Below, one piece after another: positions 13,200-26,479 of a stretch of DNA of 64,000 bases. The position numbers and the translations under genes are program-made. The notes under the pieces are model-generated. The model did no database searches. It saw nothing but the letters and a program-made list of their open reading frames with translations, and was not told where the DNA came from. Each line of letters begins with the position of its first letter. The stretch's first letter is position 1. The stretch lies in assembly GCA_051294375.1 (NCBI GenBank), contig CM119267.1, forward strand, positions 19,380,709 through 19,444,708. The letters are read 5' to 3'. Source of the stretch: Paraspadella gotoi. Lineage: Eukaryota > Animalia > Chaetognatha.

Positions 13200-14997
13200 C
13201 TGAAAAGAAAAAATGCAAAAAAAAAACGTTTATTAACGACCTGGCCCGTTTTTACTTACCCTCGAGCCTCGCTCCACTCATACCTTGGAAAACATTTTTC
13301 CGACTACAATGTGTTAAATTTTGTAAAATACAGTTTGTTTTTATAAATAATATGCAGTACAATTCTTTCTCTAAAAACCAGTTCCCCAATCGTCCGTTTT
13401 ACAAGAGAATAGACCAGATTCGTCGTCTGAAAGGTAAGTTTCCTCCTCATTTTTTTTTAAAAGAGGGAACTGTTTTACCTCACCCTTCCCCCAGCCGCCG
13501 CCACCCCCCCCCCCTCGGCAACAGCCTCGAGTTTTTTACAAGGAAGTTTTTTTTTCGTTTATGGAGGCGAAACGAAGCGCGACGAATACGCATCTCGTTT
13601 GGAAACGAGAACGAGGCAGTCGAAGAGGGGGGGCGGCGGTGGAGGGGGTTTGTTTATTAATGAGGAGTGGAAGGGAAGTCGGGAGGGTAGGTGTGGGCGA
13701 AGGAAAAGGATGAAGGAACTATCGAATGTACAACGAGGAACTTTGAAAAATTGAAAGTCATGTGCGATTGAAAATCAGAAGAGAGGAAAAAAAAATTCGT
13801 TTTTCTTTGAAGATGAAAAAAAAGACGTAATGAAAAAAGGGGGTCAGAGATCGGCGATACGGTTATGCGATTGAGAGGTGATTAGGAGATGCGTGGTGAA
13901 TGAAAAAAAATTAAATAAAATAGAATAAATTGTAAAGTTAGCTACATGAAAAAATGAGAGGCGAAAGATGCAAAGGGAATTAGCCGATGAGGTAGACAAT
14001 GAAGTCCAAGTTAAAACGAGGGGAAAGTGAACCTCGATGTGAATCGTGAAAGCGTGAGAATGGAGACGAAAAAAAAAAAGGGAGAGAGACGAGGTGGAAA
14101 TCGCTTTCGGGGGGGGGAGGGGAGAAAGGGGTTGGGCCGTGGCGGATTGGGAGAAGGAGAACCCATCCGCGCAGCGACTCGAAAGGAACAAAGGAGGAAG
14201 GGCTTCCTCCGCAATTGCTTGGTGGCCACAAACAGAGAGAAGAGAGAGAGAGAGAGAGAGAGGAGGAGGAGAGGAGAGAGAGAGAGGAGAGAGAGAAGAG
14301 AGGTTGTATTGCGACAAGACACAAACATAAAATAAGGTTGAACTTTTCAGTTTTTTAACGTTCTTAACATGTGGCTGGCCTCTCTCTCTCTCTTCTCTCT
14401 CTCTCTAGTCTCTCCATCTTCTCTCTCTCTCTCTCTCTCTCCTTCTCTCTCTCTCTCATCTCTCTCTCTCTCTTTCACCAAGTTTTCATCTCCCTCAACT
14501 TTCTCTTTTTCCTGTCATCACATCTGACCATATCCTAAGTTTGGTTATTCTCTCTTCTCCTCTCTCATCTCTCTCTCTCCTCTCTTCTCTTCTCTCTCTT
14601 CTCTCTTCATCTCGTCTCTCTATCTTCTCTCTCTCTCTCTCTCTCTCCTTGTCACTCCGGGGTCGAATCTGGCGGATGGAAACGAAAAAAACAAATGACG
14701 GTCCCTTCTCTCGCAACGCGCGGCGCGGGGCAGCGGCGGCGCCTCTATCCCCAGCACCGCGACGCCTCCGAAGGCTTGGCGCCGTAATTAACGTTAGCGA
14801 CCGTTTTCTCCTAGCGCCGAAAGCACCATCAAAAGCCTGGCCTCGTATTCGCGAAAGCTCGGGGTCGAAAAATTTCAAAAAAATACCGGCACCTCGCGCG
14901 CTTGGCACCGCAGTTGCCGAACCTCCGCCGATTCGGCGCCGAACAAATCCATCGACCGCGAAATTAACCGAAAGACGGAATAATTGACGTCTTCTGT

Positions 14998-15092
14998 TGG
15001 GAGGCGCGGCGGCGGCGGCGGCGGCGGCGCGGCGGCGGCGGCGGCGGCGGCGGCGCGGCGTGGACGGTGACGGCGGCGGCGGCCGGCCGGCG
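14998..15092. repeat. (GGC)n tract within an intronic GC/CpG-rich island
   Basis: Directly visible GGC repeats; the surrounding 14660-15370 region is GC-rich. Confidence 0.9.
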
Positions 15093-15153
15093 ACGACGAG
15101 GCTGTCCGAAAGAGATGCAGCGAAGAGAGAGAGAGAAAGAAAGGAGAAGAGAA

Positions 15154-15209
<56 letters not shown>

Positions 15210-15669
15210 AAAGGAGAGAGAGAGAACGAAACCCAAGAAAATTCAGGCTTGGTCGACGATGTAGGCCGCGGGGGAGAAAAAAAGAAAAGATGGCCGGGGT
15301 TCCGTTTCGCCGACGCAACGAGGGGGTGGACTGCCGGGGGCCGGGCCTCGCCTTTCGGTTGAACTGGGGTATGGAAACAGCTCGAATTCTTCTCTCTCGC
15401 CAAAAAAAAAAAAAAAAAAAAAAAATGGCATAAATTGAACTCAGAAAAATATGGTAGCGATGAAGCATTAAATGATATGGTAATATATATTATGTAATAT
15501 GGTATACGTTATTGCCTTTCCGTGACCCCCGGGGTCTTAAAACCTTATGCTACGAGAATTGAAAAATCCCGGAACGGGACCTGATTAAACGCAATTGGCA
15601 GACGAGAAAAAACAATTGGTTGGCGGTTGAACAAGGGGTATCTAACCACGGGGCACGATGGTCTACTTT

Positions 15670-15852
15670 AAGATAAAACAGTTGGTAACAGTTCATAACA
15701 GTTTCGGTAACAGTTTTCTTAAAGGTTCTTAACAAGTTCATATAACAGTTCTTAAACAGTGTAACAGCTCCCATGACATTCTGTACCGTTCATAAACAGT
15801 CATAACGTTCTTAACAGTTGGTAAACAGTTTTTCATAACAGTTTCGTAACAA
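15670..15852. repeat. Degenerate ~10-11-bp minisatellite (TAACAGTTnn)n
   Basis: Repeated AACAGTT cores across ~180 bp. Confidence 0.8.
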
Positions 15853-18800
15853 TACAGTGGGTTTTATTCAAACACGAGGTGTGAGAAAAAGAAAGGATTA
15901 ATTAATTTATTTTCTACTCAAGCGATTTTTATAATTTGATTACTCGATATCAGTAAGCCTCATTTTTTTTTTCCTTAATCATTTTCTTTGGAAAGTGGAA
16001 ACCTTCCTGTAAATTATTCGACGTACGACGAAGCGAACGACGAACACGACACGACGACGGTAAAAAAAACTGAAGAAGGAAAAAGAAAAGATTACATCAA
16101 ATGAAAGGAAGGACGGGGTGGAGGAGTTCCACGGGGATCTATGAAGGTTCTTTGGGTTTCGCGAAATGTCCGGATTAACGGACGCAAGGTGCGGATATAA
16201 AGCGGGACATCGTAGAAAACTGAGCCTTGGCGTGTCGTCTGTCCGGCGAGAGCGACACGAAAAAAAAATATTTTGACCGCGTTTTCAAGATTTCTTGATG
16301 GAAAAAGGTGTTTCGAGAGTTTTTTGTTTTCCCTAAAAGAATTTAATTAAACAACATAAAACAAAACATAGCCCCAATGTTTTTTCCCCAAGTAAGTTTG
16401 ATAAACATTCAGAATTATATACCGCATTAACTTGTTGTTTATATTAAGGCAAAAATGTAGCCAATACATCTAAATGCACTTTTAAAGCGAGGTTATCAAA
16501 GCGTTTCGTCGGTATAAATTATAAATTATAATGATTCAATTTAGTTAAAGTAATTAATTATATAAAATTAATATTTTGAATTACAAAATGAAGAGAGAGG
16601 ATATACGAACAGAAACAACGACGTTAATCCAATTGTTTTCTTCCGCAGATATTTTTGTCAATTTCTAATTAATTTTTATGTCATAATTTTAAAAGATGTT
16701 AAACTATTAATTTTAGTTAGTAATATTCATTCTATTAACTTTTTAAAACACCGTTAACCAACCGCCAGGGATGGCACCCAGTTCGGTTTCGTAACGGACG
16801 AAAGTAACTCCGCGTCCTAATCGCGAAAGATCGATGATTTTAAATGGAAGTTAAAATTCCGGCTTTTTTAAAAACCAGAGTTTTAAAAATTACCGGGCGT
16901 TTTCAATCTACTCGGTTTTCGCTAAACGGAAAATTTAAAGATTCTTTAATTGATAAAAAACAGTCATCCTCGTGTTTGATGGACTTGCGTGTTTAAGCGA
17001 AATTTTGAGGAGAGTTAGTTTTAACCCCCGGGGTTTAAAAAACATTTAAGTATATTTATCTTAAGATGGAGGTTTTTTCTCAGTACAAAGGTGGATTTTT
17101 TTTTTTTTTTTTTACTCTTCGTTTATTATAAAGTTACTTTTTTAAAACAGCCTAATGAAATTTGGCGGCCTTTCACAATTAAAAGAAATTAGTCATCCTT
17201 CTTTGATTATTAAATCATTAATTAATTCAAATTAAATATATACAATGATTAATTGGTCCCCTTAGCCCCTTCTCATATCAGAACGAAATTTTCGGATACT
17301 GCGGGCGGTTCCAGCACGTGTCGGTGGAATGAAAAAATTAAGCCGCATGAAACTCATAAGGGGCTCTTTCTAATGAGAGAGGAGATCTAATTCGAGTGCC
17401 TTTGACCTTGACTTTAAGGAGAACACCGTTTTTGGAAGGAAAAAGGAAAAGATAAAAAATGTTAAAGAAAAAGTAGAGAAATAAAGAAAAAAAAAATAAG
17501 AGGGATAAAAGAATAGAAGATGATACGGGAAAACTTGGAATTGTGAAAGAAAGAAACGAAAGAAAAAGAAAAAAGAAAGAAAGTATCGTGAGTCGGTGAC
17601 AGCTGTTGCCTCCCTTCGAATCATCGAATTTCGAGAACGAAGGCATGGCGGAAAAGAGAGAGAGAGAGAGAGGAAAGAGAAGAGAGCGCCCATGCGACGA
17701 TTTTTCTCTCACTAAAATTTTCACCATTCGCAAACAACATTCTGAGAATAAAAATAAAAAAAACTGGATTTCTACCCCTACATGAAAAGAGAAAAAAAAA
17801 ATGCCGAGCGATCGTAATCAGCAGCACGGTGAGTTGAATCGATGGCGAACGTGCCCTCTGCTCTTCGGCCCCTTAACCCTGCACCCTCCTCCTCCTCCTC
17901 CTCTTCCTCCTCTTCCTCCTCTCCAGCTCCTCAAATGAGCGCGTGCGACGAAAACCGAAAAACGAAAGCCTTTCCGTCTCCCAAACGGGTTGGATGCGGG
18001 TTCCGAAATCGAAAATGCGGAAAATGACCCAGACTCTGTTTAGGATGATTCCTGATTGAATTGGGTCCGTGAGCGTGTTCCCTTTTAGAGGCGTTATTAC
18101 CTTTTTTTTTTTAATTAGTGTAGATGCCTCTAATTTTAATAGGTTTAAATTACTTGAATTTTTGCCCTTTTCCTTTTTTGTTAACTTAACTTAAACTGAC
18201 AATTTTTAAACTTTTTGACTTCCGAAATTCTCATCCGCGATTGTTCCTCGACTTTATATCCGATCTTCATCTCATTCTCTCCTTGACTCTGTCCTCTCTC
18301 TTTCTCGATCAAATCTAAAATCACATTTTTTTTTTTTTCGCGGGCCGAGATTCGAAATCTTTTGAATTCATACAAAGAACAAAACTTTGTTTTTTTTTTC
18401 ATGATTTCGAAGGTCGATGACGTCCGCGAAATTTCACTCCTAGCGACAAGTCATTGGGTCAAACGTTAAGGCATGAAAGGCATAAGGAGCCCGTGATTTG
18501 GTCGAAATCCTTAAACGGGCGGGAAAATCGATATTACAACCCATCTCCCTCCTCTCCTCTCTCTCTCTTCATCTCCCTCTCTCTCCTCTCTTCTCTCTCC
18601 CTCTCTCATCTTCTCTCACCATCCTCTCTCCAGTCTCTCTCTCCTCTCCTCTCCTCGAGATAACCGATCTCTCTCTTTTTGCTCCCCCCCCACCCAAAAA
18701 AAAGTTGACCGAAAGAAAAATGGGGTTTAAAAAACCGTAAACAGGGCGCTCTGTTTCGGTAGCGCCCCTCCCCTTAAAAAATAGGGGAGTTCGGGGAGGG

Positions 18801-20213
18801 GGAGAGGAAGAAAGGGAGGAGGGGGGGAGTGGAAAAGAGGCACCCATCTGTCAAATGTTGTGGGAAGAGAAGAGAAAAGAAAAATAATTTTTTTGGGGTC
18901 ACTTTTTCGTCAATCGATCCTTTGTTTTCCCAAAAGATGAAAACCGGAAGGAGGAGAGGAAATCATCCGATTAAATTTTTTTTTTTTTTGTTATGTAAAA
19001 TATATTAAAAAAAAAATATTTAAAAAAAATTATGAGAAGATTATTTTTTTTTTAAAATCTTTTTTTCCTTAAACAAAGGGTTTTTTTTGTTCAACAACCG
19101 TTTCGTCGAAAATAAACAAGAAGCGGTTTGACGGTTAAAAGGGCAAAGAAGAGAGAAGAGAGAGAGAGAGAAAGAGGAGAGAGAGAGAGAGAAGAGAGAA
19201 GAGAGAGAGAGAGAGAGAGAACTCACAACGCCCGCCCGAAACATTTTTTTTTTTGAAATTAGTGAAGAAAAGTTGTTTTTTTGTGGGCAGGGTTGTGGGT
19301 GGATGTGGATTGTGGACTGTGGAGGCCTGTTAGAGAAAATGTGTATTGGAATTCGCCGAAAAGTTTTAAAAAGTTGGAAGCAATAAAAAGGTAGCTATAA
19401 AGAAGATGGTTATAAACGAGATGGTGGAAAAGGATTGATTTGTAATGCTCAAAATATGACAATGTTTTAACAACATTAAAAGCAATACAATATGTTTTAC
19501 AGAGCAGGGGCACAAACTTATGGACAAACAAAAAAAAAGTATCTAATCAGTCTACATAATTCCTAGTTATAAAGGTAATTTAAGTTAGTTATTGGAGGTT
19601 TATATCAATCGCAACGGCCTTTGGGAGAGAGAAGTTAGAAAGAGAAGGTTGGTAAAAACCTAAAGAAGGTGGTTTTAGGAAGATGGTTTGAAGGTGGTTT
19701 ATAACCTAAAAGGAATGCGTCCGTCTGTCCGTGTCACTCTAGGTTTTGAAAACCGAACGATATTTGCCTGTGAAGATTCCGGGAGCTAAAATTCCGAGAA
19801 GAAAACGAAAAGTGAATTGGAGATGAAGAAAGTCTGTTTGTCTATCTTCTGGCAGCCTTTTTAGTTGTCCCGGTCATCTTTACTTGTCGGTCCGTTCTGT
19901 TGGTACTTCGTGTCCGTCCTTTCGGTTTTTCTCCTGTCGATGATGTTTTAAAAATTCCCAAGCTTGCTAAAACACTTCCTTTTCTGGCTGTTTGTTATTC
20001 CTGTCAATTCGGTTCGTGCTGTCAAAAGAGTCCTGGTCTGTCTGTCTATTCTGTTCTGTCTTTCAGTCCAGACTGCTGTCTTTTTTTATTTCCGTCCTTC
20101 GTAATGCTGCTAGTGCCTACCTTCCTTTCTTTTATTTCTTTCTTTTTCTTTATCTTTTTTCTCTTTTCTTTCTTTCTCTTTCTTTCTTTATCTTTCTTTC
20201 TTTTCTTTTCTTT

Positions 20214-20244
<31 letters not shown>

Positions 20245-20783
20245 TTTCTTTTTTTCCTTCTATCTTTCTTTTNNNNNNNNNNNNNNNNNNNNNNNNNGTT
20301 TAACGGAACGTTACCGAGAAGCGAGTCTCTCCCAGCGCGGCGTTCACGTCCTCGATCTTTGACCCCAGAAATTTCCTCTTTAGCCCTTACCTCCTATTCC
20401 GCCACCTTTATCGCTCGGCTCGACTTTTTTAAGCATTTCGAAAACGAATTTTAAATGTAATTGAAGCCTTTATCATTTAATGAACGTTTCTCTTTTGAAT
20501 GAGTCACGCACTTTTTCACTAGTCGTTGCTAAGCTTTCGTCCCGATCACTCTGATTCCAAATTACCATATATTCCCCATTAGCCAATGCCCTCTTATGGC
20601 CATGATCCGAGTGACCACTAGTTCCCGATCAGACAATAATCTCTTATTCCACAGCGCCTATTAATCTCAATTAAGCGATGCCCTCTCATTCCACTGTTTT
20701 TTCTTTCGGCCAATGATTTCTAATTCCAGCAACCCGATCGACCGACTATTTTCTAATGATCGGCCCCATCCCATTCCGCGGAC

Positions 20784-20909
20784 CTGATCGAGCACTTGCT
20801 CCAGCCCGTCCCGGGACGCGAAGTCGAGGATGATTCTCTTCGCTCCTTCACCTCGATCGTCGTTGTCGACGCTGCGGAGAAGCTCCTTCGCGTCGGAGGT
20901 GTTGAGGAC
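20784..20909 (-). CDS. iGluR exon 6 (ATD)
   Basis: GCAG acceptor, CAG|GTCCGC donor, 126 nt. Encodes VLNTSDAKELLRSVDNDDRGEGAKRIILDFASRDGLEQVLDQ (cf. GluA 'ERRVILDC...IVDQ'). Confidence 0.9.
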
Positions 20910-21211
20910 CTGCATAGAATTGATTGGGTCATTGATTGGTAGCTAGCTTGGTTGGGGTGCTTGGAAGTTTCGTCAGTTTTGAGATGCAATGGATTCAATG
21001 GAATAGAATGCAATTCGATATATTCAATCAATCGAATGATCAATGAATATATTAGATCAAATCAAATACAATACAAATACAATACAATACATTCAACAAT
21101 CAACACTTGATCATTTAATCTAACAGCCGTCTAACACCAGTTTTTAATAAATCAATTATAGTCTGCACTATATTTCAGTCAATCTGCCAATCATTCCAAT
21201 CAATCACTGAC

Positions 21212-21288
21212 TTGTTTGACTTCGATCGAAATTTTATTCTTGGTGTCGAGCGAGATTAATCGGAACAGAGCCTGAAGCCGAATGATGG
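21212..21288 (-). CDS. iGluR exon 5 (ATD)
   Basis: CCAG acceptor, GTCAGT donor, 77 nt, phase 1-0. Encodes AIIRLQALFRLISLDTKNKISIEVKQ; phases fit both neighbours. Confidence 0.85.
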
Positions 21289-21627
21289 CTGGACGAAAAA
21301 AAGAATAAACGCAAAGAGACTAGAATTATTAAGAGAATACTAAGTTGTTAGTGTTTTGTTAGTTTGTTCGTTTATACATGAAATTAGTACACCCATTATG
21401 AAATCATCCATTAATTAAACGAATTAGCTATATCTAGCTTCCATCACTCTCATAAGATAATAACAAAGCAGGACACTGCAAGCTTTCAATCAATACTCTC
21501 TCACAGTCTATTTTCTTACATGGCTTTCTTATAAATGAAGTGATATAATATTTCAAGGAATGTTTTAATTGTTTTAATTAGTGTATATCTTACTCCGCCC
21601 TAGAATCTGACTGTTAGGAGCTGACTG

Positions 21628-21709
21628 TTATAAAATCGGTACTACCAATATAGAAATTATCCATTCCTTTAAAAAAATAAGTTATCCTGACTTTGGACAG
21701 GCTAGGGTG
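21628..21709. repeat. Dispersed ~85-bp repeat (inverted partner at 53235-53322; partial at ~44634-44662), possibly a DNA-transposon end
   Basis: The reverse complement reads CAC..TAGCCTGTCCAAAGTCAGG...AATGGATAATTT.TATATTGGT.GTACC.ATTT, shared with 53235-53322. Confidence 0.65.
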
Positions 21710-21732
21710 AGTTAATCATTGAATGAACTTAC

Positions 21733-21825
21733 CTTCTTCCCCGTCGTACAGGTAGTAGATCTTCTCCCACCCGTAGTGAATTAGCAGATCCAAAACGGCT
21801 TTACTGTATGAAGGGTGGATGTTGA
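21733..21825 (-). CDS. iGluR exon 4 (ATD; 5' part hidden in N gap 21826-22072)
   Basis: Encodes NIHPSYSKAVLDLLIHYGWEKIYYLYDGEE, then a G|GTAAGT donor. Matches GluA 'RP..[23 protein letters not shown]'. Confidence 0.92.
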
Positions 21826-22990
21826 NNNNNNNNNNNNNNNNNNNNNNNNNNNNNNNNNNNNNNNNNNNNNNNNNNNNNNNNNNNNNNNNNNNNNNNNNNN
21901 NNNNNNNNNNNNNNNNNNNNNNNNNNNNNNNNNNNNNNNNNNNNNNNNNNNNNNNNNNNNNNNNNNNNNNNNNNNNNNNNNNNNNNNNNNNNNNNNNNNN
22001 NNNNNNNNNNNNNNNNNNNNNNNNNNNNNNNNNNNNNNNNNNNNNNNNNNNNNNNNNNNNNNNNNNNNNNNNTCGGAGATTTGTGCGCCAAGAAGCAAAA
22101 AAGGAATCTTATTTCTTTTTTGCTCGTTGGAAATATAAAGAATGAAATATATATATATATATATGAAAGGCAAAGTCAGCACTTATACGTATAAAAAGAT
22201 CATCGTTCATCGATGTCATCTGTCTTTCGTTTCTTTTCGCAACTCAATTCTGTCCATTGTCTGGATTTGTCCGTCTTTCTGGCCTTTTTATTCACGTTAT
22301 GGTTCCTTTCTTCCTCCTTCCTATCGCCTCTTTTCCCTTCCCTTCCAAATATTTTCTCCCCCCCCCCAACTTCCGCCCCCGTCGCCATAGCAACCAAATT
22401 TCCCGGGCCTCTTCATCCGGGAGTCGTGGGGGGGAGCCCAGCGCCGCGGGAGGCGTGGTCGTCGCCATAAGATTTAATGCTTAAATATAATTCGAAGAGG
22501 ATAAGGACGAATCGCCTCGTTTCAATCGAAAAGGATTTTTCTTTTTTCCTCAATCGTAACGGCGGTATCGCGTCNNNNNNNNNNNNNNNNNNNNNNNNNN
22601 NNNNNNNNNNNNNNNNNNNNNNNNNNNNNNNNNNNNNNNNNNNNNNNNNNNNNNNNNNNNNNNNNNNNNNNNNNNNNNNNNNNNNNNNNNNNNNNNNNNN
22701 NNNNNNNNNNNNNNNNNNNNNNNNNNNNNNNNNNNNNNNNNNNNNNNNNNNNNNNNNNNNNNNNNNNNNNNNNNNNNNNNNNNNNNNNNNNNNNNNNNNN
22801 NCCATAGATCATTCTTAGTAGTCGTCCGTCTCTCTCCGTCTCTCTCGTTTTATGTCCATTCATTTGTTTTTTCCCTTTTTTTATTTTTTTATTTCTTTTC
22901 TTTGCTTTCTTTTCTTTCTTTACATTCTTTCTTTCTTTCTTTTTCCTGTACTTAACTCACTCTATCTCTTTCTCCCCCCCTTTCTCCCTC

Positions 22991-23027
<37 letters not shown>

Positions 23028-23384
23028 ATACACCCGTAATAGGAAGAGAGAAGCTGAGACTCCATCAGTCTTTCGGGAGCGTCAGGAAAAAAATTACGAA
23101 GTTATTTGGGATGAGGTCTCCGCGAGACCAACAACAATGTGACAGAGGCTGCAGTAGCAGCGGCTGGAGAAAAAAAACTGCAGGAGCAGCAGCATCGACA
23201 ACGACGACGAGCACCAGCCCGTCTCTCACTGATTTACAGGGGGTGGGCGAACTTGTTTTCTTTTTTTTTCTTCTATTTGCGATCGTTAAAAGACTCTTGT
23301 GGTATTTTTAGTGCAATAATCAATAAGCAATGAAGATCTGACGGGTTATAATTTGACGCCCACGCAATTTATTGGACTTTTAAA

Positions 23385-23416
<32 letters not shown>

Positions 23417-25692
23417 TGCGGAAAGAAATTACAAAAGAATATAGTAATCATTAAAAAGAACTAAGACTAAAAAATAATCGAAAGAAGAGACATTTTTAAT
23501 AATAAAAGAAGTAATATTAAAAAGAAATAAAGAGCGCCCGACCAACCCCCCCCCCCNNNNNNNNNNNNNNNNNNNNNNNNNNNNNNNNNNNNNNNNNNNN
23601 NNNNNNNNNNNNNNNNNNNNNNNNNNNNNNNNNNNNNNNNNNNNNNNNNNNNNNNNNNNNNNNNNNNNNNNNNNNNNNNNNNNNNNNNNNNNNNNNNNNN
23701 NNNNNNNNNNNNNNNNNNNNNNNNNNNNNNNNNNNNNNNNNNNNNNNNNNNNNNNNNNNNNNNNNNNNNNNNNNNNNNNNNNNNNNGAGAGAGAGAGGGG
23801 GGAAATGGGAAAGAGGGTTGGGATCTTTAATGAATGGAGGTGTTGACAAATGAAGAGCGGATAAGAGGGAGCGAACTGGGGCGAGAATATTCGGAAGGAA
23901 ATGCGACTTTAGTAGAGCGGAAAAAAAGGAAAAGACATTTAAATGGAGTTTTGCCAAAAGTTTTGGAAAGAAGTTAAAGGGACAGAGTGATTTTGCCGAT
24001 TTAGATGATGTTTTGAGATTAAAAGAGAAAGATCGGAGTTTGAGTTGGTGATCGGTATGGTGGGAATTTCGGGAATGGCTGGTCGAGGGGATTGACTGGT
24101 TAGCGTTTACAGTACTGATTGGTAAAAGGTACGACTGATGACTGATGAATTGCTTACTTAGTCGATCGGACGATTGGTCCAGGGGATGACAGGCGAAGGA
24201 TATCACTGGTGAAACTGAAAGGGGGATGACTCCGACGACTGGTTATTGGTTAATGGTTAAGGGGATAGCTGTTTTAAACGCTGATTGTTTTCCGAGAGGC
24301 CAGATTAAGAACCAATCGAGGGTGAACTTAAGTTACGACTCCAAAATCTCCTTTTTTTTATGCAAGAGATGGACCAATGTAGTTGACTACATAGTGTAGT
24401 CTTCGCAGCGGACGAGTTAGTTGGTTAGGTGTTCGATCCATTTGCACTAAAGGCCGAGTCTTTCCGCCATTCCCGCGCTTAGAAACGATTTTCNNNNNNN
24501 NNNNNNNNNNNNNNNNNNNNNNNNNNNNNNNNNNNNNNNNNNNNNNNNNNNNNNNNNNNNNNNNNNNNNNNNNNNNNNNNNNNNNNNNNNNNNNNNNNNN
24601 NNNNNNNNNNNNNNNNNNNNNNNNNNNNNNNNNNNNNNNNNNNNNNNNNNNNNNNNNNNNNNNNNNNNNNNNNNNNNNNNNNNNNNNNNNNNNNNNNNNN
24701 NNNNNNNNNNNNNNNNNNNNNNNNNNNNNNNNNNNNNAAAAGAAAAAGAAAAATATCTCTGTGAAGCGACGGAATGCTCTGTGAATCGTGAAGAGTTTTT
24801 AATTGCATCTGAGAAGCGGAAGGAAGAGTTAGAAGCGGTTCGAAGGCGACGTCTTGGAAGCGGGAAGAAGTNNNNNNNNNNNNNNNNNNNNNNNNNNNNN
24901 NNNNNNNNNNNNNNNNNNNNNNNNNNNNNNNNNNNNNNNNNNNNNNNNNNNNNNNNNNNNNNNNNNNNNNNNNNNNNNNNNNNNNNNNNNNNNNNNNNNN
25001 NNNNNNNNNNNNNNNNNNNNNNNNNNNNNNNNNNNNNNNNNNNNNNNNNNNNNNNNNNNNNNNNNNNNNNNNNNNNNNNNNNNNNNNNNNNNNNNNNNNN
25101 NNNNNNNNNNNNNNNNNNNNNNNNNNNNNNNNNNNNNNNNNNNNNNNNNNNNNNNNNNNNNNNNNNNNNNNNNNNNNNNNNNNNNNNNNNNNNNNTTTTT
25201 TTTTCCGTTACAGGAGACCATGAAGTTCTTAGTTTTATATTCTCAATTATCTTTAAATTTTAACTTTTATTTATCTGATAAATTTTAATATTTCAAATAA
25301 AATTAAGAAAGTCTCAATAACATATCAAAAATTATCCTAAATTCGTATTTCTTATTTTCTTCCTATTTTGAACAAATTACGTATATTTTATTCATTAATC
25401 AAGAATTATTCTTCCCTTTGCCTCTTTCTTTCACTTCTAATAATAAATAATTTATTAGGTTTTTTTTTACAAAAAAATTTCGTGTTCTTTATTCAATTTT
25501 TTTTTTTTCGATTTCTGTCTTCAAGATCCATTTCCGAAAGACGAGGATGTCAAAAGTAAATTCCAAATTTCTTCCTTTTTTTAGTTTTTCTCTTTCGTAT
25601 CTGAATTTCGCTGCCATTTCTAGATCCGGAAGGCTTTTTCGTTCGGTGACAGGCTCTCTTGCTCTCTCAGTCCACTCTCTCTCCTCTCTCTC

Positions 25693-25723
<31 letters not shown>

Positions 25724-26327
25724 TTTTTTTTTCTTCTATCCTATCACATTCTTCTCTTCTTCCTTTTTTTATTTTGATGTCTCTCTCCCTTTCTCCTTCT
25801 GCACTTAGAGTCAATTCTTTTTTCTCGTTTTCACATTTCTAAAAATAGAGTTCATGAGAGCCGTCCTCAGATAATCAATACACGACCTCAATTTCTCGTA
25901 TATGACGACGACTTAATCGAAACATTATCCCTTCAAATTGAATTTTTTTAGTCGAGGATGAAGAAACGAAAGAAGACGAATAACTTTGCAATAATAAATA
26001 GTGCAAAATAGAAAAACATCATTTTGACTTCAAGTAAGAACGAAAAAACTAGAAAACCATAAAAGTATTAAATTCAAATTAAAAGAATGAAACAATTTAT
26101 ATATTAAACAATCATTGATCTGTACTGTCAAAGAGACATCTGAAAAAAAAAATCTAATACAAACCATTTTTTTTTAAAAATAAAACAACCGACAGAATTA
26201 CCAAAAAAAAACTGGTTTGAACCAAAATAAAAACACTAAACACTGTTTAGTAAACAGAGCATTTTTAATAACATACTACAAAGTAAACAAAAAATATAAA
26301 CAAACTTGCCAATGATAACATCCTCAC

Positions 26328-26479
26328 CCTGCTGTAGGGAACGCGGGAGATGTTCCTGGGGTAGTTGGGGTTGATGAAAGGCATGTGGAGGGATTTGGAG
26401 TAAGACGAGGCCACGGAGTAAGTTTCGCCGGTGGTGAGTCCGTAGAAGGCGAAGATCCCTTTGCTCATTTGATCACAGA
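26328..26479 (-). CDS. iGluR exon 3 (ATD)
   Basis: CAG...GTGAGG, phase 1-0. Encodes CDQMSKGIFAFYGLTTGETYSVASSYSKSLHMPFINPNYPRNISRVPYSR, matching GluA 'CSQFSRGVYAIFG...LHVSFITPSFP'. Confidence 0.93.

Noticed and set aside
14495-15403. 302-aa ORF, the longest in the track
   Set aside because: Built from CT and CCG repeats inside an iGluR intron; low complexity, no recognisable family.
15670-15852. CRISPR-like periodic repeat
   Set aside because: Short degenerate units without unique spacers, in a eukaryotic intron; an ordinary minisatellite.
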